Assembly (NCBI RefSeq): GCF_001194135.2 | Contig: NC_068983.1 | Coordinates: 155,435,857-155,496,983, forward strand | Reading direction: 5' to 3' | Length of the DNA stretch: 61,127 bases | Source of the DNA: Octopus bimaculoides | Taxonomy: Eukaryota | In this document: piece after piece, positions 38,122-49,991 of the stretch | Position numbering within the stretch: the first letter of the stretch is position 1 | Layout: each line of letters starts with the position of its first letter | Program-made: the position numbers and the translations under genes | Notes under the pieces: model-generated | What the model saw: only the letters and a program-made list of their open reading frames with translations | The model's database searches: none | Told to the model about the DNA's origin: nothing

Positions 38122-38508
38122 ATTCTTTTATTCTTTTACTTGTTTCAGTCATTTGACTGCGGCCATGCTGGAGCACCGTCTTTAGTCGAGCAAGTCGATC
38201 ACAGGACTTATTCTTTGTAAGCCTAGTACTTATTCTATGTTTTTGCCGAACCGCTAAGTTACGGGGACGTAAATACACCAGCATCGCTTGTCAAGCGATG
38301 TTGGGAGGGACAAACACAAACACACAAACGCACACACACACATACACGACAGGCTTCTTTCAGTTTCCGTCTACCAAATCCACTCACAAGGCTTTGGTCG
38401 GTCCGAGGCTATAGTAGAAGACACTTGCCCAAGGTGCCACGCAGTGGGACTAAACTCAGAACCATGTGGTTGGCAAGGAAGCTATTTTCCACACAGCCAC
38501 TCCTGCGC
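38122..38508 (-). mobile_element. SINE family D, full length, with internal (TG)n
   Basis: Minus head gcgcaggagtggctgtgtgg...tgagtttagtcccactgcgtggcaccttgggcaagtg; matches 60283-60670 and 47322-47583. Confidence 0.92.
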
Positions 38509-39486
38509 GTATATATCATATGCATACATTTGTGTTTGCGCGCGCGTGTGTGTGTGTGTGTGTATGTGTGTGTGTGTGTGTTATTATGTGTGATGTTTGT
38601 AAGTGTATATCTGCTTAACCATGCATGCACACATCTATCCATACATACATACATACATACATATATACACAAACACATACATACAAAAACACATACATAC
38701 ATGCATTCATGCATACATACATGCATTTATGCATACATACATACGTAAATACATACATACATACATACATACTTACACACATGCACATATGTATTGATAT
38801 ATACGCTTATGTACACGCAGACGTTAAACAACAACAACAACAACATCATCATCAACAACAACAATAAAAACAACAAGAACAACGTTAACTGCTGATACAA
38901 CAGTATCGATACAGTTCCTCATCTGACATATTACTGCGCTCGCAAAACAGATGTCAGAATCCCTGACGTCAGAAGATTAAGGTAAAGGTTAACAAGATGA
39001 CCCTCTGGCACCAGTAGTTTACGATTTCTGACAAGGTATACTCCCCCATACCCTCCCACACGCACTCTCTGTCATTATTCTTTCTTTCTTTCATCCTTCC
39101 TTTCCTTCTTTCTTTCTTTCTCTATCTTTCTCAATCTGCTCCTCCTCTACCCACACAAACGCACAGACTTCTTTCTGATGTACAAGCGTATACGCACACG
39201 TAACAAAAATATTTAGAGATGGATATTTTTGTGCATATATGTATTTGAATATACTTATAAGTATGCACATACATGCGTATATACATACACACGCGCATAC
39301 ATACACACGCACACACACACGCACACACATATATATATGATCTGAAACACGGACGTTTATACTAATAATGTATGTTGTTGAATACGTGTATATAAGGATG
39401 CGTGATTGCTTGAATATTATGAGTAAGTATGCACACATATACTTTTGCAGCTCTCTAAATGCATGCACTACTCATACATCCACTTT

Positions 39487-39527
<41 letters not shown>

Positions 39528-39576
39528 ACATACATACAGACATACATACACACACACATATATATATTTATATATA

Positions 39577-39621
<45 letters not shown>

Positions 39622-39880
39622 ATATATATATATATAATCATTGATCATAGAACAAACATCAAATTCGAGTCAACGACTTTATATATAACACCATACCTCC
39701 AAACATTTGATCATATATAAATATTACCATGGTTCTTAAACATATAACGTATACATATATTACAAAAAACACAGAAGGTAGAAATATATATGCGAATAAA
39801 ATACAAATATATAGAACGGTCTATCAAAAAAGTCAAATGCAACCGACTAAAAATTCAACGAGCGTGATTGGCAGAGGGCT

Positions 39881-41332
39881 GATTCCAACAATTTCTTCGA
39901 TATTACAATGGGGACATCTGATTCAGCACAGGTGACCGATTTAGTTAGCCTATGCCTCTTTTCGCAGATTAAGGAAAGTTTCTCCTTCTAGTTGGGGTGT
40001 TTTATAGGGATGATGCATTTCTAGCTGTACGGGGTCAGTCTAAAACTGTATTGAATAGATTGAGGAAATCACTGAGTGGTTTATTAAAGGATTTCTTTAA
40101 CCTTAGCATTATTTTTTATGTTAACTCCAGAGTGGTGAACTCCTTGAATGTTACTTTGAATTTGGATACGGGTTTATACTACCCATTTCGTAAGCCAAAC
40201 AAATCCATCTCATATACCAATGTCTCCGCTAATCATCCGAAATCCACTATTGATAGTATCGTTACTGCTATCTCGATCAGAATCTCTAACTTGTCCGCAA
40301 ACGAAGAGATTTTTTATCAACATGCGCCGGTATACAACAACGCTCTAAAATTAAGCGGCTTCAAACTAAAATCTCATATATACCTAACACGAGATTTAAA
40401 AACAAAATGGCTGGTCTACCACCTGACCATGTCGCGGATAGTCAGGAGAAATGCAATGCATTATCTGATTACAATCAATATAAGCCATCAGTTAGACACG
40501 TATATAAATATGTTAGGAATAGATACTGGAAGCGAAACAGTGGTTGTGAGGAGATGAGTAAAACCAAGAGCTCATGTTATAGAATACAGGAAGACATATG
40601 GTCGACTCCACTTTTTTCCCTTAGAGTAAGAAACTTGCCCAAGCTATTTTTTAGGATTCTGAAGGAGAATTTCCTAAAGAATCATAAATACTACAACATC
40701 TGCAGTAAGTCCCCCATCAAATTTTCTTACTCAGTAATGCCAAATTTGGCCTTCTTTATTGCATCTATAAATAGAAGCAAATTAAATGGTCAAGTGCACA
40801 GGAAGTATTCTTCTGCTGGAAACCCTGGTATTGGGCAGGTAAGCTCTAATACGCCTAAGGTTAGTGCTACAAACCATTTGCACCCACCGGTCTTATCGAA
40901 CCCCAGTAATGAAATATGTGAAGGAAAGAATGCAGGAAGCCAAATAAGTAATGTTAGGATTAGTAATAAGGTTAGGGATGGTACTTGTAAATCCTGTAAT
41001 TGTAGAAACTCTGGATTATGTCCCCTTGATGGATTCTGTCTCACTACTAATGCCATATATAAATGCGTTGTTAAAGAGAAGGGTAATTTGGATAAGTTTT
41101 ATATAGGCAGTACTGTAAATTTTAAGGCTAGGTGTAGAGCCCACATGAATTCGTTTTCGAACGAAAGATACTGTAACGCTAATACACTTGCCTCTTATAT
41201 ACATGGTTTAAAGAGGAATAATAAAAGTTACTCTCTTGAATGGTCTGTTATATCGAGGGCCTCTTATTTCAGAGTTAATATTAATAAGTGTAAGTTATAT
41301 GTAAGGGAATCCCTTGCCATCCTTAAGTTTGT
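39881..41332 (+). mobile_element. Penelope-like element: RT C-half plus GIY-YIG endonuclease, frameshifted, truncated at both ends
   Basis: FFDITMGTSDSAQVTDLV, FYRDDAF, VNSLNVTLNL..G.YYPFRKPN..ISY..V.ANHP, KFSYSVMPNL, CNCRNSGLCPLDGFCL...IYKC...FYIGST..FKARCRAHMNSF, YSLEWSVI, KCKLYVRE. Confidence 0.92.
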
Positions 41333-41753
41333 TGTGCCATACTTCTTTCCTCTAGTATAGAACGTCGTGAGGTCCTTTATGTCCTTTAGGCGCTCCTCCA
41401 CTGCTTCCACCGTAGCTATTTCTACCTTTCTAGTTGCTGTGGACAGCGTTCTATTGACTACCGTCCTTTTTGTCGTCTTCTCTGTCACTTCTTTCGACGG
41501 GGTCAGCCTCAGGCTGGTACCCTCCTTTACGATGAGTTCATTAAACTCCATCAATCTTTTCTCCTCAAATTTCACTTCTCTCACTTGTAGTACATTTGCA
41601 GTCAAACCCTTTCCGGTTGCTGCAGCATAGCTACCTGGTTAGACCTCCATTTTGTTTCGTTTGTTGCAACTTCACCCATAAAATGGGGAAGAAAACAATT
41701 AGGCAAAATAGCATTTAATAATTCAACAATTCAATAATTAGCATTAAGTACGG
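41333..41753 (-). mobile_element. gag/ORF1-like element copy 1 (5' fragment)
   Basis: Inverted nucleotide homolog of 43477-43920, from the leader ccgtac...ttttcttccccatttatgggtgaagtt to RGKKYGT. Confidence 0.85.
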
Positions 41754-41973
41754 GAGATCTTCAAAAACACGTCATACTCATACTATGCCGCATGGATAAT
41801 TTAAAGATAAACCCATCACAGGACCAGTCCAAATTTTCTAACACTAAAAGAAAAACGAATTATTTCATTGCTAAACATGCAGTTGGCTGTTGTTAATAGA
41901 AATTTTAACTCGCTGGTTTCGAAACCCCGTAAAACTAAATACCTCCACTGGTACCATTCTTTCTAAAAGTGAA

Positions 41974-43342
41974 CAATGAACTGAACTATTGAGAACAGTC
42001 GAAGTTATGGATAAGGAACTGGAAATGAGGAATAGGAAGTTTGCAGGCGTCACCAGAGAGTCGGATGATAATGTCGAAATTGAAATAGGAAAGTATAAAA
42101 ATCTTCTAAGTCGGGATGGTTACAACGTCCAAGTAACCCTTCACCCCCACCCGCAAGAAACAACGAACAAAATGAAAGGAAGAACGGTGACATATAAAAC
42201 TTACTCAATTAAGGCAGGAAAAGTGGATCATATGACAACAGAGCAAGTGGAGAAGGCAGTGAGGCTAATCTGGCAAGAGATAGTATATCTTGCCAGAGGG
42301 TCGATGTATGGAGAGGTAGAGGTCAGATTTAAAAAAGGAAACAGCTAAAAAAACACTCGGCAATATCATTAAGGAACGAGGAGATAGTACTTCTACCCAC
42401 GTATCTGGGACAGAGAGCGTCTCAGGTAAAGGTGGAAGGAATTCCACCAGAGATAGATGTGGCCTGGATAGCAGCCACTGTCATGGTTGGTATCGAGGAC
42501 AAGATCGCTGTGCTCCAGGCCACAAAAACGAAAAGTGTTAACTGGAGAGGCCAAACGTTGAACATGATTATTCAAGGTTCAAAAGAGACGATAGAAGACA
42601 TGGTTGCGCCGATAACAGTAAACGAAACAATAATGAATGTAAGGGTGGAGGGCAGAATCCCTCGCTGTTTTAAATGTGGCCTGAAGGGCCACATAAGAGT
42701 GAAATGCCCTCCACCGGTCAAAGAAGCTGAGAAAACGCAAGAAGAAGATCCCCAGGAGAAGCCATAGGAGAAGCTCCAGGAAGGAAAAGAAGAAGAAAGA
42801 ATGGTACCAGTGGAGGCAGAAAAAGAAAAGGCAGAGGAAGAGTGGGAAATCACGAGAAAAAGAAAAAGAAGGAAGAGAAAAAAGGTAAGTCCAACGCATA
42901 CAGAACCCCACCATACAACTACTCAATGCCCACCCATAGTCTCTTTGTCCCACCCTCTCCCTGCAGACACTAAGCCTCCCCACTTTCATCCAACACAAAA
43001 ACAAAAAAGAACACCTAAAAATAATTCGCAAATTTTCCTTCTCACTGTTTTGCGTGTGTGCTGTGTGAAGACTTGGAAGATGAACTGTTTGTAAGGATGA
43101 CTGAATGGGAAAACACAGGATATGTTGGTGGAGAAGATGAGGAGAGTATTGCTGGAGAACATACGTGTTTATTAATAACAGAACAACAAACGAATGAAAT
43201 AATAGGATACAAAGTAGAATGTGAGCTGTGGAAAGTAGACTACTACATGGGAAAATCACCAAAGTCTATAGAATATAAAGAACTGAAAAAAAAAAAAACA
43301 GAGGAAAAGGAAGTAAGTGATGTTACTTGGTGGGGCAAGTAA
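41974..43342 (+). mobile_element. gag/ORF1-like element copy 2 with CCHC zinc knuckle, frameshifted
   Basis: GRTVTYKTYS, ARGSMYGEVEVRF, LLPTYLGQRASQVKVEGIPPEIDVAWIAA, CFKCGLKGHIRVKC (42666-42707), then an E/K-rich tail; no endonuclease or RT downstream. Confidence 0.75.
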
Positions 43343-43476
43343 CACCATTTTCATTTCATTTCTCATTTTCAATTTTCATTATATCATAAGTTTTATTTAT
43401 TTTTTTATTTGTTATATGTCCCCAAATGTGTTGTATTGTCCCTCTTTGTTGGCCCTTTATGGGTAATAAAGAAACA

Positions 43477-44830
43477 CCGTACATAATGTTAGTTATCGAA
43501 TTGTTGAATTGTTGCATTATCGAATTGTTAACTGTTATTTTGCCTAACTGTTTTCTTCCCCATTTATGGGTGAAGTTGTTACAAACGAAATAATGGAAAG
43601 CCAGCCAGGTCCAGCCGATAGCTATGCTGCAGTAACTGGAAAATGTTTGACTGCAGATATATCTCAAGTGAGAGAAGTAAAACTAGACGAGAAGAAATTG
43701 AAAAGGTTTAACGAACTCATAGTAAAAGAAGGTGACAGCCTGAGGTTAAACCCCGCAGAAAGAAGTGACAGACAATACAACTAAAAGGACAGTAATTTAT
43801 AGAACGCTGTCCACAGCAACCAAAAAGATCGAAATAGCTAAAGCAGAAGCAGTAGAAGAATGTCTAAAGGACATTAAAAGCCTCACGACATTCTATACTA
43901 GAGGCAAGAAATATGGCACAGTGGAGGTTCGTATCACGAGAGAACAAGAAGCGATAAAGCACTCTACTGTGTCGTTGAGGCCGTCTGAGTGGGCACTACT
44001 GCCAACCAACTGTGGCAAATGTGCTGCCAGAATTAGGATTAGCAGAGTGACCCCGGAGATTGACGAGGCGTGGCTGGTGGCAGCCATCCTCTACAACACG
44101 GAAGAAGAAACGAAAATTCTGAAAGTCACAAGAACGACGGTAGTAAACTGGTGGGGATATGGCCTCGAGCTGACGGTCCAAATCAGTTTACCGGATTTAC
44201 ATAAAATTGCAGAGGAGGTCATGTTGCCCGAGGAGATGAAAGTAAGAGTGGTAGTGGAGAAGTAAAGGCCAGTAAGCGAAAAGAATATAGAAAATGTGGA
44301 AGAAAAGTGTACGGCAGGAAAGAGAAATAAGAAAAGAGAGAGAAACGTGGATTCACCACCCAAGAGTCCGCTGAAAAAGAGAAAGGAAAACGTAGAGGAG
44401 ACTCAGGGTGTGATATCAGCTATACCAAAAGAGGAGAAAGTGAAGGTGCAGAAAAGAAAGGAAGATAGAAGAGGGATGCCAACAATACTGGGTGAGAGAG
44501 ATGCAGAGAAGAAAGAGATGGCGATACCAGTAGCATCAGAAGAGACTAATGATGGAAAACAAGAAGAAGTGCAGAAAGGGAAACACTTACGGACTATGAT
44601 AGAGTATAAAAGAAGTGTAGAAATTGAGAAAAAAATCATCAAGATGAAACATGTAATTAGGGTTAAATTAGCGGCGAATGAGTGTAACGAAGGCTTTAGA
44701 GCAGTCTTGCTTGAGAAAGAGAGAGGAGAGAAGTTGAAGGAAATGTTTGGAGAGAAGATAAAAATATCGCCGATACAGGTTCGGTTTGACGAGTTGCCAC
44801 TTGTGGTGGAATTTCAGGATTTAATATAGT
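43477..44830 (+). mobile_element. gag/ORF1-like element copy 3 (knuckle missing), frameshifted
   Basis: MGEVVTNE..DSYAAVTGK, KRTVIYRTLS, TRGKKYGTVEVRI, LLPTNCGKCAARIRISRVTPEIDEAWLVAA align with copy 2; after VRVVVEK* the CCHC is absent. Confidence 0.75.
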
Positions 44831-44845
44831 ATATATTGTAAAGGA

Positions 44846-45104
44846 GTATAGGCGCGTGGCTTAGTGGTTAGGGTGTCGGCATCATGATCGTAAGATTGTG
44901 GTTTCGATTCCTGGACCGGGCGACGCGTTGCGTTCTTGAGCAAAACACTTCATTTCACGTTGCTCCAGTCCACTCAGCTGGCAAAAATGAGTAATGCTGC
45001 GATGGACTGGCGTCCCGTCCAGCTGGGGCACACACGCCATTGAAACCGGGAAACCGGACCCATGAGCATGGCTAGGCTTTAAAAGGGCGCATTTATTTAT
45101 TTTT
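44846..45104 (+). mobile_element. SINE family E (tRNA head, Meta/V-like core) with 14-bp TSD
   Basis: A box tggcttagtggtt, B box ggtttcgattcct, core gctgcgatggactggcgtcccgtccag, ATTT-type tail; TSD tatattgtaaagga at 44832-44845 and 45105-45118. Confidence 0.9.
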
Positions 45105-45552
45105 TATATTGTAAAGGAAAGTAAATCGATAACAAATAGTTTATTTAGGCAACAGTGAGCAAATGTGTACCAACAAGGAGAACTATAATCGTCATTAAAT
45201 ATGACTGCATACCGCGCATATTCTCATATGTTTTCCCCGACTTTCACCTTCCTCAGTATCTCTATGTGTTACAACATTCTTAGTTAGAATGGGAAAGGAT
45301 TAGATATACACTGTAAAGGATAAAGCAAACTGAACACGCAAATAACCGAAAGAAAAGGAATTAGAAATAAGAAATGGGAACAAAGCAGAAAATATGTTCA
45401 AAGGATGGAAGAAGCTTCTCTTTTTTATGTTAAAAAAGATGACTAAGTAAATGATAGAACTGCAAGTCAAATAACAAGAGGGAAATAAATCTTCATATAA
45501 CACCTTGCAATTTTAAAAAAGAAGGATGACATATATTAGTGTTAGATATGGT

Positions 45553-45606
<54 letters not shown>

Positions 45607-46148
45607 ACATATGAATATAAAACTAGACGAGTACTGCTAGAATATTCTTGAACACAGGAATACTCCATCAAAATAGCTAAACGACGAAAATAATGACAAT
45701 AGCATCTACTCTGATCTAGAAATTCAGTGAACAAAAGTATTCCAGCTACGACCATCTCGTCTTTTTGTTAGGAGAACCACATGCGTTTGCTCAGCCTGCT
45801 AGAAAAAGCAGCCAAGTCGCTTACAAATCATACGTTTGTGTCTCAAAAATCTGAAGGATTTTATGAGTGATATAACCTCAGACTCTATTGATAAAGATAA
45901 TGAATAAAGATAATGATGGCGCTGGTAGGAACGTCTTCGATCGAAGGTCTACTGTACGAGAACAGCATTGCGGCTAAACAACAATAACACTATTTTCAGT
46001 GGGTCATCTATATGCTGTATATAATAGAGAACGGTAAAACGAAAGCCAAAAATACGATCAAAATTATAATAGTTTGTTACTTGGAGAAATGGAAAGAGCT
46101 ACTTCTAATGTTTCTCATACTGTCCTCGTAAAGAATATATGTAGAGAA

Positions 46149-46365
46149 AAGGCAGCGAGGCTGCAGAATCGTTATCGCTCAGGGCAAAATACTTAGTGGC
46201 ATTTCGTCCGTCATTACGCTGAAATTCTGCCGAGGTCAACTTTGCCTCTCATCCTTTCGGGGTTAATAAAATAAGTAAGTACAAGTTGAATACTGAGGAG
46301 AATGTAATCGACTTACCCGTTCCTCTGAAGTTCCTGGTCTTGCGCCTTAAATTTGAAACCAATAT
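46149..46365 (+). mobile_element. SINE family C, diverged
   Basis: ggcagcgaggctgcagaatcgtta...aaattctgccgaggtcaactttgcc...tgtaatcgactta. Confidence 0.8.
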
Positions 46366-46600
46366 ATGTAGAGAAAAAAAAAAGGGAAAACGAAAAATGA
46401 TAAAAAAACATGTAAAAGATAAAATTTAGGTAAAAATCTCCGTTGTCGTCCTGATATAATATGCTATCATTATTTAACCCCGAAGAAACCTCCGAATAAA
46501 AGTGTTCTAACAATAACTCCATGATGTCAGTTTTACTCACAATAAAAATGTCTAACTTCGTAAAATGCTTAATTAATTATTTGTTCTGAGTTATGCAATT

Positions 46601-46904
46601 GTTGTTGTTGGCACTCCGTCGCTTACGACGTCGAGGGTTCCAGTTGATCCGATCAACGGAACAGCCTGCTCGTGAAATTAACGTGCAAGTGGTTGAGCAC
46701 TCCACAGACACGTGTACCCTTAACGTAGTTCCCGGGCATATTCAGCGTGACACAGTATGACAAGGCTGACCCCTTTGAATTACAGGCACAACAGAAACAA
46801 GAAGTAAGAGTGAGAGAAAGTTGTGGTGAAAGAGTACAGCAGGGTTCGCCACCATCCCCTGCCGAAGCCTCGTGGAGCTTTAGGTGTTTTCGCTCAATAA
46901 ACAC
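46601..46904 (-). mobile_element. SINE family A, head lost in gap
   Basis: (GTT)n-ggcactccgtcgcttacgacgtcgaggg... matches the other copies. Confidence 0.95.
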
Positions 46905-47321
46905 NNNNNNNNNNNNNNNNNNNNNNNNNNNNNNNNNNNNNNNNNNNNNNNNNNNNNNNNNNNNNNNNNNNNNNNNNNNNNNNNNNNNNNNNNNNNNNNN
47001 NNNNNNNNNNNNNNNNNNNNNNNNNNNNNNNNNNNNNNNNNNNNNNNNNNNNNNNNNNNNNNNNNNNNNNNNNNNNNNNNNNNNNNNNNNNNNNNNNNNN
47101 NNNNNNNNNNNNNNNNNNNNNNNNNNNNNNNNNNNNNNNNNNNNNNNNNNNNNNNNNNNNNNNNNNNNNNNNNNNNNNNNNNNNNNNNNNNNNNNNNNNN
47201 NNNNNNNNNNNNNNNNNNNNNNNNNNNNNNNNNNNNNNNNNNNNNNNNNNNNNNNNNNNNNNNNNNNNNNNNNNNNNNNNNNNNNNNNNNNNNNNNNNNN
47301 NNNNNNNNNNNNNNNNNNNNN

Positions 47322-47583
47322 NCACACCAGCATCGGTTGTCAAGTGATGTTGGAGGGACAAACACAGACACAAACATATACACACACATACACACATATA
47401 CACATATATACATATATACGACAGGCTTCTTTCAGTTTCCGTCTACCAAATCCACTCACAAGGCTTTGGTCTGCCCGAGGCTACAGTAGAAGATTACTTG
47501 CCCAAGGTGCCACGCAGAGGGAATGAACCCGGAACCATGTGGTTGGTAAACAAGCTACTTACCACACAGCCACTCCTGCGCCT
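47322..47583 (-). mobile_element. SINE family D, 5' half
   Basis: Head aggcgcaggagtggctgtgtggtaagtagc, internal (TA)/(TG)n; matches 38122-38508. Confidence 0.9.
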
Positions 47584-48220
47584 ATTGATAAAAATTTCAT
47601 AGCTTACAAACCAACCTCAACTCAACTTAATCCAGAAGATTGTCTCCCCATTGATATCTTACTACCAGGGTAACACCACGTATTTTCAAACTTGTCCTTC
47701 CCATTCTAAAAACGATTGGGTGTTATTCAACAAAAAAGTGACTGTTATTTCTAGTAGTTGGATCCAACCAAGGAGAAGCTCTCTCATGTATATAAGATAG
47801 TTAATCTGTGTGGAAAATATCGCGTTCCATTGTACATTTCTCTGTAACGCCATGCTCTCTACCGCAATAAGTCGAAACACGTCAATCTTGTAGTGGGATG
47901 TTCCTAACTTTAGCTCACTTACTTAACCACGTTAGTCATCGGATGGGGAGGATAAATACCTTGTCACTGGGGGAGGCACGAGTATCCCGTCATTGAAGGA
48001 GGAGTAAATACCCATGGCCTCTGTAATCCTACAAATAGGACAGATGCAGTTGATACTCAGCCTTAACATTTGCGGATCAATACCTGCGTATGACATATAC
48101 GATACGTATAGAGATGTATATGATGTAAATATATATGTGAGTTCCCCAATATTTCTTTCAAATTGATTGAGGAGTTTGACAGCAGATACCTGAGTGTGAA
48201 AGGCTTCTTTTATCATCATT

Positions 48221-48474
48221 TTCTTCTTCTTCTTCTTCTTCTTCTTCTTCTTCTTCTTCTTCTTCTTCTTCTTCTTCTTCTTCTGCTTCTTCTTCTTCTT
48301 CTTCTTCTTCTTCTTCTTCTTCTTCTTCTTCTTCAATAATAATAATAGTAATAATTTATTTCTTTATTGCCCACGAGGAGCTAAGCATAGAGGGGACAAA
48401 CAAGGACAGACAAAGGGATTAAGTCGATTACATCGACACCATTGCGTAACTAGTACTTATTTAATCGACCCCGA

Positions 48475-48531
<57 letters not shown>

Positions 48532-48600
48532 TAGAAGAAGAAGAAGAAGAAGAAGAAGAAGAAGAAGAAGAAGAAGAAGAAGAAGAAGAAGAAGAAGAAG
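48221..48600. repeat. (CTT)n, SINE C tail (48356-48476, minus), (AAT)n, (GAA)n compound
   Basis: Direct reading; the SINE piece is the reverse complement of tail type 2 (15505-15623). Confidence 0.9.
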
Positions 48601-49940
48601 ATTAATGTCTTGATGCAGTCTCAAGCAGTGGCTCTCATGGCTTATGATCTTAACTGATTGGAAGTGTTATCATGTAAATGCTTTGTCTTGGTATAAAAAT
48701 GGGCTAAAGCAAATATTCTGCTCAATACCACAGATTTGCTTGTCAGTTGTTTGACCTTAACCATTTGAGCATGTTTCTTAGTGGCTGACGATATGTGCAT
48801 CTCTGATCACGAGCAGAAGTAGTGAAGAAGCATGATAGCGATGTGTTGAAAGGAATTCTTTAGGGTTTGAATAATTCTCCCCTAGAAACAAGGGTGTTTC
48901 GTTGAACACCCTTAAACAACCCTTATTCAGGGACCTTTTGAGCTGGATGGGCTTCTCCATCTGAAGAAAATACTAACTGGACCCCACCTGCAAGGTCATG
49001 CTCTGTTTATTTTTATAAGAGATCACCATGTCGCGCACATATGGTTGTGATGCCTGTGCCTGGTGTACCCTTATCAATTGGGTAATCAGGATGGGCAAGC
49101 ACTGCTCTCTCACTCAATAATAATAATAATGATAATAATAATAATAATAAATTAACATATAAATCATCATCATCATAACCATCATCATCATTCTTCTTTT
49201 TTTTTCTTCCAATTTTAGAGGGTTCGATAACGAGATTAAGTGGCGAAACTTCGGAAAAGCCTAGCATACTTGAATAATCCTGCAGATTGATTGGATTGGC
49301 TGCGTACAGATCAATCAATCAATAAATAATCAATTAATCAAGCAGTCAATCGATCAACCAGTTAATCAATCAATCACTCAATTATTCTCCAGTTTGAAGA
49401 AATTCATCATTTTCATGAATGGCGTTTAGTCATCTTGTCACGTGTCTAAATGTATCCATAACTACTGCCACAAAGTTGAACCCTAAAATGTTTGAAAAAT
49501 ACTTACAAGTTTAGCAAGCATTATTCGCTGACTTTCACTTTCTCGTTTATTTTGGATTTGACATTTATAGTCGTTATTCAACCAACTTCCAACTTCTCTC
49601 TTATATTTTTCTTTCTTATTTCTTCCATTAAAACATTGTCCAATGCATTGTACTTCCGTCTTTATCATATGTTTATTTTAGACATTTCATCAATATTTTA
49701 TACTTTATTTAGAAGCTGCCGGAATAGCAGAGACTGTAGGTTACCGTGCTAGTTGTCTTTGACGTTAATCCATCAACAGTTGATAAAATAAGTACAAGGT
49801 ATGCGCTGGTGTTGATGCAATTGATTATACATCCAGCTCTTTCACATATTTTATTAGTTTTTCTCGTTTTGCTTTGTGCCATTGCAATAAATCAATATTA
49901 TTTTCTATTTAATACCTTTATATATATATATATATATATA

Positions 49941-49991
<51 letters not shown>

